A stretch of 64,000 nucleotides of DNA, from positions 11,317 through 75,316 of the IMG/VR virus record IMGVR_UViG_3300029288_000149; one strand, given 5' to 3'. The position numbers and the translations under genes are program-made. A model generated the notes under the pieces. It saw only the letters and a list, made by a program, of their open reading frames with translations. It was not told the origin of the DNA and searched no databases. Every line of letters starts with the position of its first letter. The stretch's first letter is position 1. Shown piece after piece: positions 29,211 through 37,729 of this stretch. The DNA comes from a virus. Taxonomy: Duplodnaviria > Caudoviricetes.

Positions 29211-30731
29211 TTAATCATGTCTGAGGAACTCAGTCATGCTGCCAGAGACATGACCGTCGGCATCAATGATCTTGCCGCTCAATTCCTTCTTTTTCTTCAC
29301 AGGGACGGTAACCTCTTCTTCACCATCCTCTTCTTCATCCTCTACCTGATCTTCAGGTTTGAGGAGTTTAGGAATCTTGGAAGATTTGAATCTTGAAATG
29401 CGCAGTGTGCTGCCACGAGGAGTTTCAGCAATGAGTTCCTTGAGACGATCTTCGTCCTTCTCAAGCAATCGTTCAATAACGTCTCGCAATCCTTGCACTT
29501 CTTCCTTCAACTCTTCGATGGTTTCGATTTCCTTGGTGACTTCATCACCCTCAGTTTCGAGAGTAGCACCTTCAAGCAATTCCTTGAGGACAAAACTTGC
29601 CTGTTCATTGGCAATTTTTGCAAATTCCTTGAGAACAGTGGGATCAAGGACAAACACCTGCTCTTTGTCTCTGTATTCCTTCTCACCAACCTCTTCAGAA
29701 TCTTCGTCCTCAGAAGGATCATCTTCCGGGTCGTCGATAGGATCATCTTCTTCATCCTCATCAGAATCTTGCTTGAATTCCTTGAGGACTTCAGCCATAG
29801 GGACATTATCGAAGGATTTCAAGGTCTCATCGGTAATGTCTTTTAACCGTTCGTCGATCACGTCTTCTGAAAGTCCAGCCTTCAGAAGTCTCTTCTTCAA
29901 AATTTCCTTTTTCATAACAGCCTCCTGTTTATTTGTATGCACGAATGCAGCAACACCTGTCCACGGTACAGCAGGAACATCAGTAACCGTAATGTCAAAT
30001 GTTTTGGTCTTTAAGAATCTCGTATCATCTAGAGACCCTTTAAATCCTGAATTTACTTTCAAACACTTTGGGCATCTGAACCCAGCAGTCATATGCTTTT
30101 CACGAATCAACAGAGATTCTCCACAATGTGGACAACCACCTGAGGCTTCCAGCACTTTGAATCCTCTTGATGTCTTCCACTTCCCAGTATTGTGTGACAA
30201 CATCTTCTCACACACTTCTAATGAGAACGGATCATCGTAAGATTCACCCTCTTCGACAGCGAATATCCCGACACGTTTCATGCTCTTCACTCTGCCAATT
30301 CCTAATGGCCTTTTGTGAAATACCCTAAACTCGGGATACTCGCCAGTCTTCAATGCTTGTGCTATTTCGTAGTCTATGGCATCGACCGTAAAGGTCTCGC
30401 CTTCTCTATCTTTGAGTGCAGCAGTTGATACACTGATAATCTTGTATCTACCATTATCCTGCTTATTAACATACAAATCAGCAGGTACACTGAGTGAACC
30501 GTCTACTTGTAATTTGGAATATTCCTTCTCTTTTGTGTCTCGTCTCTTCCACGAACTTCCATCAATAACAAATGATTTCTTGAATTTGGAAATTGCAATT
30601 GCCCAACTATACTTCTTGTCAGGAATAGCATCAGCTACTCTAGCAATCCAATTCATCTGCTCGAGTGTAAGACTTACACCATTCAGTTCCTGGATATTCG
30701 CTGGTGCTTCAGAAGTCTTAGACCAAGGCAT
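29211..30731 (-). CDS. prohead protease/scaffold fusion (ChaB-like N-terminus, XkdF-like protease, Zn ribbon, acidic scaffold)
   Basis: WAIAISKFKK ChaB-like segment; STAALKDREGETF..FHKRP; CPHC..CPKC; long E/D-rich coiled-coil C-terminus; directly upstream of MCP. Confidence 0.65.
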   Translation of the reverse strand: MPWSKTSEAPANIQELNGVSLTLEQMNWIARVADAIPDKKYSWAIAISKFKKSFVIDGSSWKRRDTKEKEYSKLQVDGSLSVPADLYVNKQDNGRYKIISVSTAALKDREGETFTVDAIDYEIAQALKTGEYPEFRVFHKRPLGIGRVKSMKRVGIFAVEEGESYDDPFSLEVCEKMLSHNTGKWKTSRGFKVLEASGGCPHCGESLLIREKHMTAGFRCPKCLKVNSGFKGSLDDTRFLKTKTFDITVTDVPAVPWTGVAAFVHTNKQEAVMKKEILKKRLLKAGLSEDVIDERLKDITDETLKSFDNVPMAEVLKEFKQDSDEDEEDDPIDDPEDDPSEDEDSEEVGEKEYRDKEQVFVLDPTVLKEFAKIANEQASFVLKELLEGATLETEGDEVTKEIETIEELKEEVQGLRDVIERLLEKDEDRLKELIAETPRGSTLRISRFKSSKIPKLLKPEDQVEDEEEDGEEEVTVPVKKKKELSGKIIDADGHVSGSMTEFLRHD

Positions 30732-30781
30732 TGTGTGTCTCCTAAGATAATATACCTGTCAATTACACGATAAAATGATTA

Positions 30782-31261
30782 TCATGAATTGTAATACACA
30801 TCAAAATTCTTATCAACCTTAGTAAGATTCTTTGGCACAAGTCTTCCCATATCATCACGCAACATCGCATGAGTAGGTTCAAAGAATCTTACCTTCTCAG
30901 CAACATTCTGACCTTTCCTTATCATAAAATTTCCTCCTGGAATAACACACAGTATGTCGCCAGATTTAGTAGTAACAACATCATAAGTATTGTCAAGTAC
31001 TTGTGCAGCACCGTACCACACACCAGATCTCTGAGTACCTGTCTTAATCCAAACTTTTATTCCCTTTGGAAGTTTATAATTACCATTACTAACATTGTAC
31101 TCATATGTTACTTCAGATCTCTCCAATTGTCTTCCTGCAAACTTAGGTGCTGCAGATGCTTGACCATCTCTTGGAAGGGATCCACCGTGATGACCAGGAA
31201 TACCTCTGTGTCCATGATGCCCTGAACCAGCACCACCTTTAAGTCTGATTGTGAATTTCAT
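30782..31261 (-). CDS. KGGxGSG-tagged protein, unknown beta-rich cargo
   Basis: MKFTIRLKGGAGSGHHGHRGIPGHHGGSLP. Confidence 0.8.
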   Translation of the reverse strand: MKFTIRLKGGAGSGHHGHRGIPGHHGGSLPRDGQASAAPKFAGRQLERSEVTYEYNVSNGNYKLPKGIKVWIKTGTQRSGVWYGAAQVLDNTYDVVTTKSGDILCVIPGGNFMIRKGQNVAEKVRFFEPTHAMLRDDMGRLVPKNLTKVDKNFDVYYNS

Positions 31262-31342
31262 ACCGATTCTCCTTAATTTCTGAACATCCTTCTCAGAGAT
31301 GGGAAGTTGCTTCTCAACACAATGTTCTTTGTTTATAAATAA

Positions 31343-32113
31343 TTAATTAGATTTTTCATCGACAATTTTTATCTGTTTAGGGTCGAAAACCACCCACTCT
31401 GTTTGTCTCCTTCCAGAAGAGTCCTTTACATAGTTAACAATTCCATCATAACCTTGTCTTTTCAAATTTTCTATCTTTGTCATGGCTGCTCTCTGGCGTG
31501 CTTTTGAATCTTCTGAGCTTCCATATCTTAAGTCAAGAGGATTTTTGACAGACAGAATCGCACTATATATCTTTGCTCCCACTCCAGTCTTTGTGTATGT
31601 CTTTTCTAGAAGTGGGTCATACGTTCTTGTTGATACAAAGTAACTGGCAAAATCTTTTGATGGTGTAAAATATATTCCACCCTTAGCATCATTTGATTCT
31701 GTATTACTGCCACTTTTATCCAAGTCAAATTCTGTAAATGGTGAAGTTTGTTTAATAATATCACCACCATTCTTAATTTGATAATCTCTGTATGCTCTCC
31801 CCCATCCGTCTAAATCTTTATTAATATCATCTATACTTGGAGGATTTATTCTTCCAGTATCTTTGTATATTCTTACTATAGCATTGTGCAATTCTTTTGA
31901 GTAATTAGTGTTATAAACAAGAGAATTTGGTGTTCCATGATAAACCGTTATAGGATTCCCTTTTGTATCTACTACCTTACTACCAGAGAACCATTTATCA
32001 ACAGCACTAGCTGAACTTCCTTCAGGCAAACTCCCACCCTGATGACCAGGACGACCTTTATGACCATAATGTCCAGATCCTAGACCACCTTTGAGTCTTA
32101 GTGTGAATTTCAT
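31343..32113 (-). CDS. KGGxGSG-tagged ADP-ribosyltransferase (ART-PolyVal-like)
   Basis: Tag, then WFSGSKVVD..VYHGT..GIYFT..KNP..GYDG..EWVVFDPKQIK. Confidence 0.75.
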   Translation of the reverse strand: MKFTLRLKGGLGSGHYGHKGRPGHQGGSLPEGSSASAVDKWFSGSKVVDTKGNPITVYHGTPNSLVYNTNYSKELHNAIVRIYKDTGRINPPSIDDINKDLDGWGRAYRDYQIKNGGDIIKQTSPFTEFDLDKSGSNTESNDAKGGIYFTPSKDFASYFVSTRTYDPLLEKTYTKTGVGAKIYSAILSVKNPLDLRYGSSEDSKARQRAAMTKIENLKRQGYDGIVNYVKDSSGRRQTEWVVFDPKQIKIVDEKSN

Positions 32114-32682
32114 GCCGATTCTCCTTTACTTATCTTACGATATGCACGTTTTACAGATGCTTCAATAATACTTCTGAACGCTCCAGCCTCTTTACTCTTT
32201 GCCCACTTTATAATTGTCTCTGTAAAATTACGAGGATAAATACCAGGATGGTGCACAACTTCAACATTCAGAAATTTAGGATCTCCAGTAGGTGGAAATC
32301 CTTGAATACTAGGATTTGGTAGAGTAATTGGAGTGTGTGGAACTTTGAATGACAAATAATTACTCTTCTTTGGTCGAATCTCATAATCCTTACCACCACC
32401 TCTAGAACCTGTGCCTTTATCTACCCAACCATAAATTTTACCAATCTTTGTTGTCTTTGCAACTTTGGCTATAACAGACCAACGTCTCTTAGTAACTTTA
32501 ATACTTACTGTGAAGATAGGTTTCTCACCCCAATTGTTTACAGTGTCTTCAAATTTACCCTTCACAACTTTGGAAAATTCTGTAAGACCACTCTCAACTT
32601 CCTTCTGCACAAGTTCATGCTGACGTCTTTTGGTACCTGGTCTTACTTTACGCTTGAGAACTAACATTGGTGGCATTGTCAA
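32110..32682 (-). CDS. HK97 gp10-like head-tail/neck protein
   Basis: YGWVDKGT..YEIRPK..LSF..VHHPGIYPRNF pattern. Confidence 0.55.
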   Translation of the reverse strand: MTMPPMLVLKRKVRPGTKRRQHELVQKEVESGLTEFSKVVKGKFEDTVNNWGEKPIFTVSIKVTKRRWSVIAKVAKTTKIGKIYGWVDKGTGSRGGGKDYEIRPKKSNYLSFKVPHTPITLPNPSIQGFPPTGDPKFLNVEVVHHPGIYPRNFTETIIKWAKSKEAGAFRSIIEASVKRAYRKISKGESA

Positions 32683-33017
32683 TCCTTGTTGAATGCATCA
32701 AATACCCAAGCATCGAAGTACTGACCAAGTTCATCCCAATCACCATCAGAGAGTTTGATGTTCGATCTGTCCAACAAATCTTCAACAGCCTTGTAAAACC
32801 TCTTCTCTTCAGAAGAATAAATTTCTGGAAATATTGTGTCAAAATAATTCTTGACAGTCTTGCTCAATGCAAAGACATCCTTACCGTCCCAAGAAATTGT
32901 GTCTGTTGAAGAATTCATACTTTTGCCTGGAAGAGATCCACCCTCTTGTCCTTTACGACCAGCATGACCATGATGACCACTACCGAGACCACCTTTGAAA
33001 CGAATCGTAAGTTTCAT
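32679..33017 (-). CDS. KGGxGSG-tagged small protein, unknown helical cargo
   Basis: MKLTIRFKGGLGSGHHGHAGRKGQEGGSLP. Confidence 0.75.
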   Translation of the reverse strand: MKLTIRFKGGLGSGHHGHAGRKGQEGGSLPGKSMNSSTDTISWDGKDVFALSKTVKNYFDTIFPEIYSSEEKRFYKAVEDLLDRSNIKLSDGDWDELGQYFDAWVFDAFNKD

Positions 33018-33019
33018 GC

Positions 33020-33550
33020 TTATCCTTTCTTCCACACATAATTATACTGATTAGGATGAGTATTATCTTTATGAAATCCAAATTTCTCATACCATTTGTC
33101 AGAATTCTTTGAAGAAGACATAACATATAAGAACACATTCTTACGTTTCAATTCATTCAATAACTTTATACCTTCTCCAGCTTGTGTGCTGCTAATAGAT
33201 AAAATTTCTGTACCAAAACCTCTTTGCTTAGTTGTAGCTCCAGCAATCAATTTACCTGCATTATCTCTGATTATGTAATACTTCGCATTAAGTTCTCCAC
33301 TAACATCCCAGAAAGGACCACCTGTTCGTACCTTGTAAGTTTTATCCCATTCGGTATTCAATTTCTTCGCATTAGACAGACTGGAATCAAGAATTTCTAT
33401 TTTTGGAAGTGTAATTGTGTTATAATTCTTATTATCAAGAGTTATAGATAAACTGTCTGAAGACAAAGAACCACCCTGTTGTCCAGGTCTACCTTTGTGT
33501 CCAAAGTGTCCAGATCCTATTCCACCCTTTAATCTCAACATAAATCTCAC
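33020..33550 (-). CDS. KGGxGSG-tagged GNAT acetyltransferase
   Basis: Tag, then ILSISSTQAGEGIKLL (motif A-like) and WYEKFGF. Confidence 0.65.
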   Translation of the reverse strand: MRFMLRLKGGIGSGHFGHKGRPGQQGGSLSSDSLSITLDNKNYNTITLPKIEILDSSLSNAKKLNTEWDKTYKVRTGGPFWDVSGELNAKYYIIRDNAGKLIAGATTKQRGFGTEILSISSTQAGEGIKLLNELKRKNVFLYVMSSSKNSDKWYEKFGFHKDNTHPNQYNYVWKKG

Positions 33551-35577
33551 AACACACCTCTTCCAATGTACTTAGGCACCACAGTATCTTTAGGTACAAC
33601 AAACATTTCCACATGACCATTTCTCTCAAGACAATCCTCACAATGTTCTGCAGGTGATAATCTCCACACTGCTTTTACAGTCTTGTCTCCAGATTTCTTA
33701 TCAACCTTTATTATCTTCAAATCCCAACGACAACGACAATTCACAAGACAATTTGTCGATCCATCACCAGGAATCCAAGGTAACAAACTTTCAATAATAG
33801 CACCAGCTTGAATAAGTGCAGCTGTATTGCCTGTGGCACGACCATACATCCTAGCACGTGCTTGTATTGCCTTCAATGATATTGTGTCAGACTGTTCAGC
33901 GATCGTAGTGGCAAAACCATGCAAATATTTGTACTGTTCACGAAGAGGTGTGCCCAAACGTCCCCAATCTGCTGAAGTCATCTGATCCCAACCACCCTTT
34001 GCGATCGCAGCAGCAGAAGAATGCAATTGTCTCAACTCAGCACGCATTGCTTCTTCCCAAGCACCAATTGTCAAGTCACCAGTAAATACCTGTTCAGAAA
34101 GTTTGTCAGATTTGTCATAGAAAATGTTTACTCGCAAATTCAATAACTTCTGTATGTCCTTGTCAGAGATAGGAAGTTGCTTCTCCACTCTAAAATATTT
34201 CCACCAATCAGGATCAGTCTTGTCAACACCACCACCAACAGGAGTATCATCTGAAACAACAGCAGCATGTATTGTGACAATATCCTGTTCAAGATCTATC
34301 TCTCCAAGTCTTAATTTCATTCTTCTTGTAATAAATTCCTGCTCAGATTTTATAGGAAACAATTCTGGAGTGATTTTCGAACTGACAATAATTTTAGACA
34401 CAGGAATGTTTGCAATGATCTTATATCTATATTTAGAATATTCTTTTGGACCAGATCCTTCTGACATACTAAACACATCATCAATCTCAATTACTTGACC
34501 CACAACATAAGGATTTACAACACCAGAAAGATTTTGTGTTCTATGAACACCAAGAACAGAATTTATTCCCAGTCTCTTCAAACCACTTTGCGTATCATTT
34601 ATAAAAGCATCCATACTTCCAGAATTAAGAATATTAACTAAATCAGATTTTGAATAATCTACAAGATTTGTATAATTGACAACGGCATCAGTTAATACAG
34701 AAGTATACAAACTGTCTGAAGGTAAACTCCCACCCTGATGACCGGGAATGCCTTTATGACCAAAATGTCCTGAACCTGGACCACCCTTTAGGACAACAAT
34801 GTTCTTAGAAGTAAAAGATTCCTTGAAGACCATAACATTGTTGTCAAATCCATCAAATTCACCAGAATCAACAACATGATCTGCCATCAATAAATCATCC
34901 ATTGAAAAGTCTGTCAATATGGCAGTTTGTGAATTCGGTACTGGAGAATTTAGTGACACTCTGTTGAATGTCTCATAAGTTGTCCAATCAATATTTATAG
35001 GATTACCATTTGAACTTCTTGCAGGCAATTTACCGTCATCTACTAAATTCTGCAGTTTACGTAACGCAATTTTGTCTATCTTATTGGTTGATATTGCAAT
35101 TCCTGTAAGCATATTATTAGTATCATAAAATGCTCTAACTCTTATTAACTTCTCGCGCATCTCTTTAGAGAACATAAATGGTAATTTACCAAATGCGGCA
35201 TAAGATGTGTAATTGTCTTCAAATTCCTTTATTGAAGATTCATCAATACCATTAAACAATTCAGGTTTGTTACGAATAGCCTGTATAACAGTTATGGTAT
35301 GTTCTTGTTCAGTACCAGAATCAAGCAATGTTCCATCTGGTAATATGGTATATCCAAATCCTTGCATATCATCAAAGTGATTAAGTTTTGACACATTACG
35401 TTCTTCAAGTTCTTTGAATGAATTAGCAGTCAATATAGGATTATCGTCTGAGTAAGGTTTATAATTACTAACACCTTCTGATACTGATCCACCTACCTCA
35501 CCAGGACGTCCCTTATGACCATAAAATCCTGACCCCACACCACCTTTGAGGACAACGACTGCTCTCATAACCATCAA
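33547..35577 (-). CDS. MuF-like minor head protein with two tags, an unknown domain and an R-S-E ADP-ribosyltransferase-like domain
   Basis: Directly after portal; C-terminal PGDGSTNCLVNCRCRW..HCEDC MuF Cys motif; internal GVHR..FSMS..SEQEF. Confidence 0.75.
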   Translation of the reverse strand: MMVMRAVVVLKGGVGSGFYGHKGRPGEVGGSVSEGVSNYKPYSDDNPILTANSFKELEERNVSKLNHFDDMQGFGYTILPDGTLLDSGTEQEHTITVIQAIRNKPELFNGIDESSIKEFEDNYTSYAAFGKLPFMFSKEMREKLIRVRAFYDTNNMLTGIAISTNKIDKIALRKLQNLVDDGKLPARSSNGNPINIDWTTYETFNRVSLNSPVPNSQTAILTDFSMDDLLMADHVVDSGEFDGFDNNVMVFKESFTSKNIVVLKGGPGSGHFGHKGIPGHQGGSLPSDSLYTSVLTDAVVNYTNLVDYSKSDLVNILNSGSMDAFINDTQSGLKRLGINSVLGVHRTQNLSGVVNPYVVGQVIEIDDVFSMSEGSGPKEYSKYRYKIIANIPVSKIIVSSKITPELFPIKSEQEFITRRMKLRLGEIDLEQDIVTIHAAVVSDDTPVGGGVDKTDPDWWKYFRVEKQLPISDKDIQKLLNLRVNIFYDKSDKLSEQVFTGDLTIGAWEEAMRAELRQLHSSAAAIAKGGWDQMTSADWGRLGTPLREQYKYLHGFATTIAEQSDTISLKAIQARARMYGRATGNTAALIQAGAIIESLLPWIPGDGSTNCLVNCRCRWDLKIIKVDKKSGDKTVKAVWRLSPAEHCEDCLERNGHVEMFVVPKDTVVPKYIGRGVL

Positions 35578-37511
35578 GCCTTCAACTTCAAGTCTGTGAC
35601 TTCTTCATCAGTCAAGGCATGAGGAGCTAGCTCATCATTCCCATTCCAAACTTGCATTTCAGCCTTGACAGTCTTCTTTGTGACAGCAGTACCTCTTGAA
35701 ACTTCCTCATCCGATATTGGTGTACCCTTTATACCACGCTTTATCTTGAAGGATTTATCTTCAGGAACTTCATCTTCCTTCTCGATAACTTCAGCAACAG
35801 TGTATGTGTTTACCTCAGTACCAGGAGTTCGGAGTTCCTTCAGAATACCATTTCTCCACTCAAAGCATGCAACATCCTCAGGATGTCCTCCCAATTCCTT
35901 CATGTGAATATCTGAATCCTGAATGGCAATCCTTGTGTCCTTAACCAGTCGATCCGGCAGGACGCCTTTATCAGCGAGTAACCGTAGAAACTCCCCAACA
36001 CTAAGAATTGGTTTACCCTTGACCGTTACAGGAGTGTTCATCCCTCCTGCACGATCACCTGTACCGGTATAATTTGCAGACTTTCCAGGCATTCCATTCT
36101 TCGCTGGATTTATCTTCTCCTTCAACGCTTCATCAGCATTCTCTGCCATTGTAGAAGTAATATGGTCAGATGGTTTCTGTGCCTTTATGACATTACCACT
36201 CTCGTCAATGGATGTTGTAACCAGTGGAAGGAACGCATCTATCCACAATTTGGCTGTTGTAGCAGCAGTCGCATCTTCTTCAATGTCCTGAGTATCATAA
36301 CCAAAATCAGCATCCTCAGGAAGTAATGAGTTCAAACGTCTCTCAGTAATGGTAATAAATTCACCAGAACCTTTACCCTTTGCCTTCAGGTGTTGAATTT
36401 CAGATTCTGAGGCTGTGCCTAAACTGCCTGAGGAAATTGCCCAGAATTCACGAGCATCAACACCAAAACACATAGCAAGTGTGTTGATGTACTGGTTAAT
36501 AACGTCCTTCCTGTCAAAGGACTCAGGAAGTTGTGAGAATCCTTGGAACCCAACTTTTATGTCTGTATTTGGTTGTGATCCAATAAGCCATAAAACTTGT
36601 GGGAATGTCAGTGAATTATCAGCCTTCCTACGATTCTGCCATAAGGTAAGAGCATCCATGAACTCATCCATAGTCAGACCTGTGACAGTAGCAACACCTT
36701 CAGGTGGAAGATTATTCAATTTCTCAGCATCGTAATCATGTAAACCAATCAGAAGTTTCGCAGCACGTAAAGCTCTAGACACAGCACAGAAGCCAATACC
36801 TAAATCAGCCTCACGAGGAGATGGCATACTCGTGAAATGTACATATTCCCACGGTTTGAATTCCACACCACTTTGACCAGTAGTATCAGAATTGTATTCC
36901 ATAGGTTTCAGTGTATTACCAGTAAGAGTACACATCATAGCATCAATGTGTCCAATATCGGCAAGTTTGCCGTACTCAACATCACCTACTCTAGGAGTCT
37001 CCCAGAATACACCACGGTTTGTTGTATAGAAATCCTGAGTCGTTGAGGACAGGAAGCCGTCCCATGAAGTACCATCCATGTGAGCAGCATTAGCAAACAT
37101 TCTGGCATGTCTCAAGGCAATCTGTCGTTTACCAGTCACTCTCCAACTCATGGCTGTCATCTTTGCAGACATTGAGTATATAGCACCAGCCAATATAGGT
37201 TCAGTTCTCCAAAGTGTTGAGTAGACTTCATCCTCACCAGCAGAACCGTACAAAGGAATTTCCTGGTACCTGCTGGTGAATAGTTTCAGTTGATTATACA
37301 GACCAACGTATGCCAAATCGTGGTCTGTATCACGAACATCAAGTTTTGACTTTGTACCAATAGATTTGTTAACTTCATCAAAAACTGGGATAACTCCTGC
37401 CTCGATACCAGCGTCTAACGCTGCAGACACAGACTTCATGTCTGGTGCACTCGCTCTAGCAGCTTTCAAACCAGCCCTGAATCCTGTGTTAAGTCTTTGA
37501 AATAAATTCAT
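35574..37511 (-). CDS. portal protein
   Basis: 645 aa, upstream of MuF/protease/MCP; portal-like segments (DFYTTNRGVFWE, GIGFCAVSRAL, CFGVDAREF). Confidence 0.8.
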   Translation of the reverse strand: MNLFQRLNTGFRAGLKAARASAPDMKSVSAALDAGIEAGVIPVFDEVNKSIGTKSKLDVRDTDHDLAYVGLYNQLKLFTSRYQEIPLYGSAGEDEVYSTLWRTEPILAGAIYSMSAKMTAMSWRVTGKRQIALRHARMFANAAHMDGTSWDGFLSSTTQDFYTTNRGVFWETPRVGDVEYGKLADIGHIDAMMCTLTGNTLKPMEYNSDTTGQSGVEFKPWEYVHFTSMPSPREADLGIGFCAVSRALRAAKLLIGLHDYDAEKLNNLPPEGVATVTGLTMDEFMDALTLWQNRRKADNSLTFPQVLWLIGSQPNTDIKVGFQGFSQLPESFDRKDVINQYINTLAMCFGVDAREFWAISSGSLGTASESEIQHLKAKGKGSGEFITITERRLNSLLPEDADFGYDTQDIEEDATAATTAKLWIDAFLPLVTTSIDESGNVIKAQKPSDHITSTMAENADEALKEKINPAKNGMPGKSANYTGTGDRAGGMNTPVTVKGKPILSVGEFLRLLADKGVLPDRLVKDTRIAIQDSDIHMKELGGHPEDVACFEWRNGILKELRTPGTEVNTYTVAEVIEKEDEVPEDKSFKIKRGIKGTPISDEEVSRGTAVTKKTVKAEMQVWNGNDELAPHALTDEEVTDLKLKA

Positions 37512-37527
37512 TTGTTCTCCATAACCG

Positions 37528-37729
37528 TGTCAGTGACGGTCTAACCGTGTTTTCGCTTTAATACTTAAGTTCTTAAGTTCTTAATTGTATTGATTGTATT
37601 AAATACATTAAGTCTAATCAAATATACTCCATTATTGTGTGCAATAATGTAATGTGCAATGCACGTGGAGAGAAAATTTGTGTGGAAAACAATTGACGGT
37701 TATGCATTGTCAGTGACGGTCTAACCGTG
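37528..37729. repeat. 22-bp direct repeats flanking an AT-rich spacer with an 8-bp tandem repeat
   Basis: TGTCAGTGACGGTCTAACCGTG at 37528-37549 and 37708-37729; CTTAAGTT tandem at ~37564-37584. Confidence 0.85.

Noticed and set aside
30748-30762. Variant TGACAGGTATATTAT upstream of the protease gene, and TACAAGTTACATTA at ~50529
   Set aside because: Too divergent, or inside an ORF, to count confidently as copies of the intergenic motif; excluded from the count of 17.
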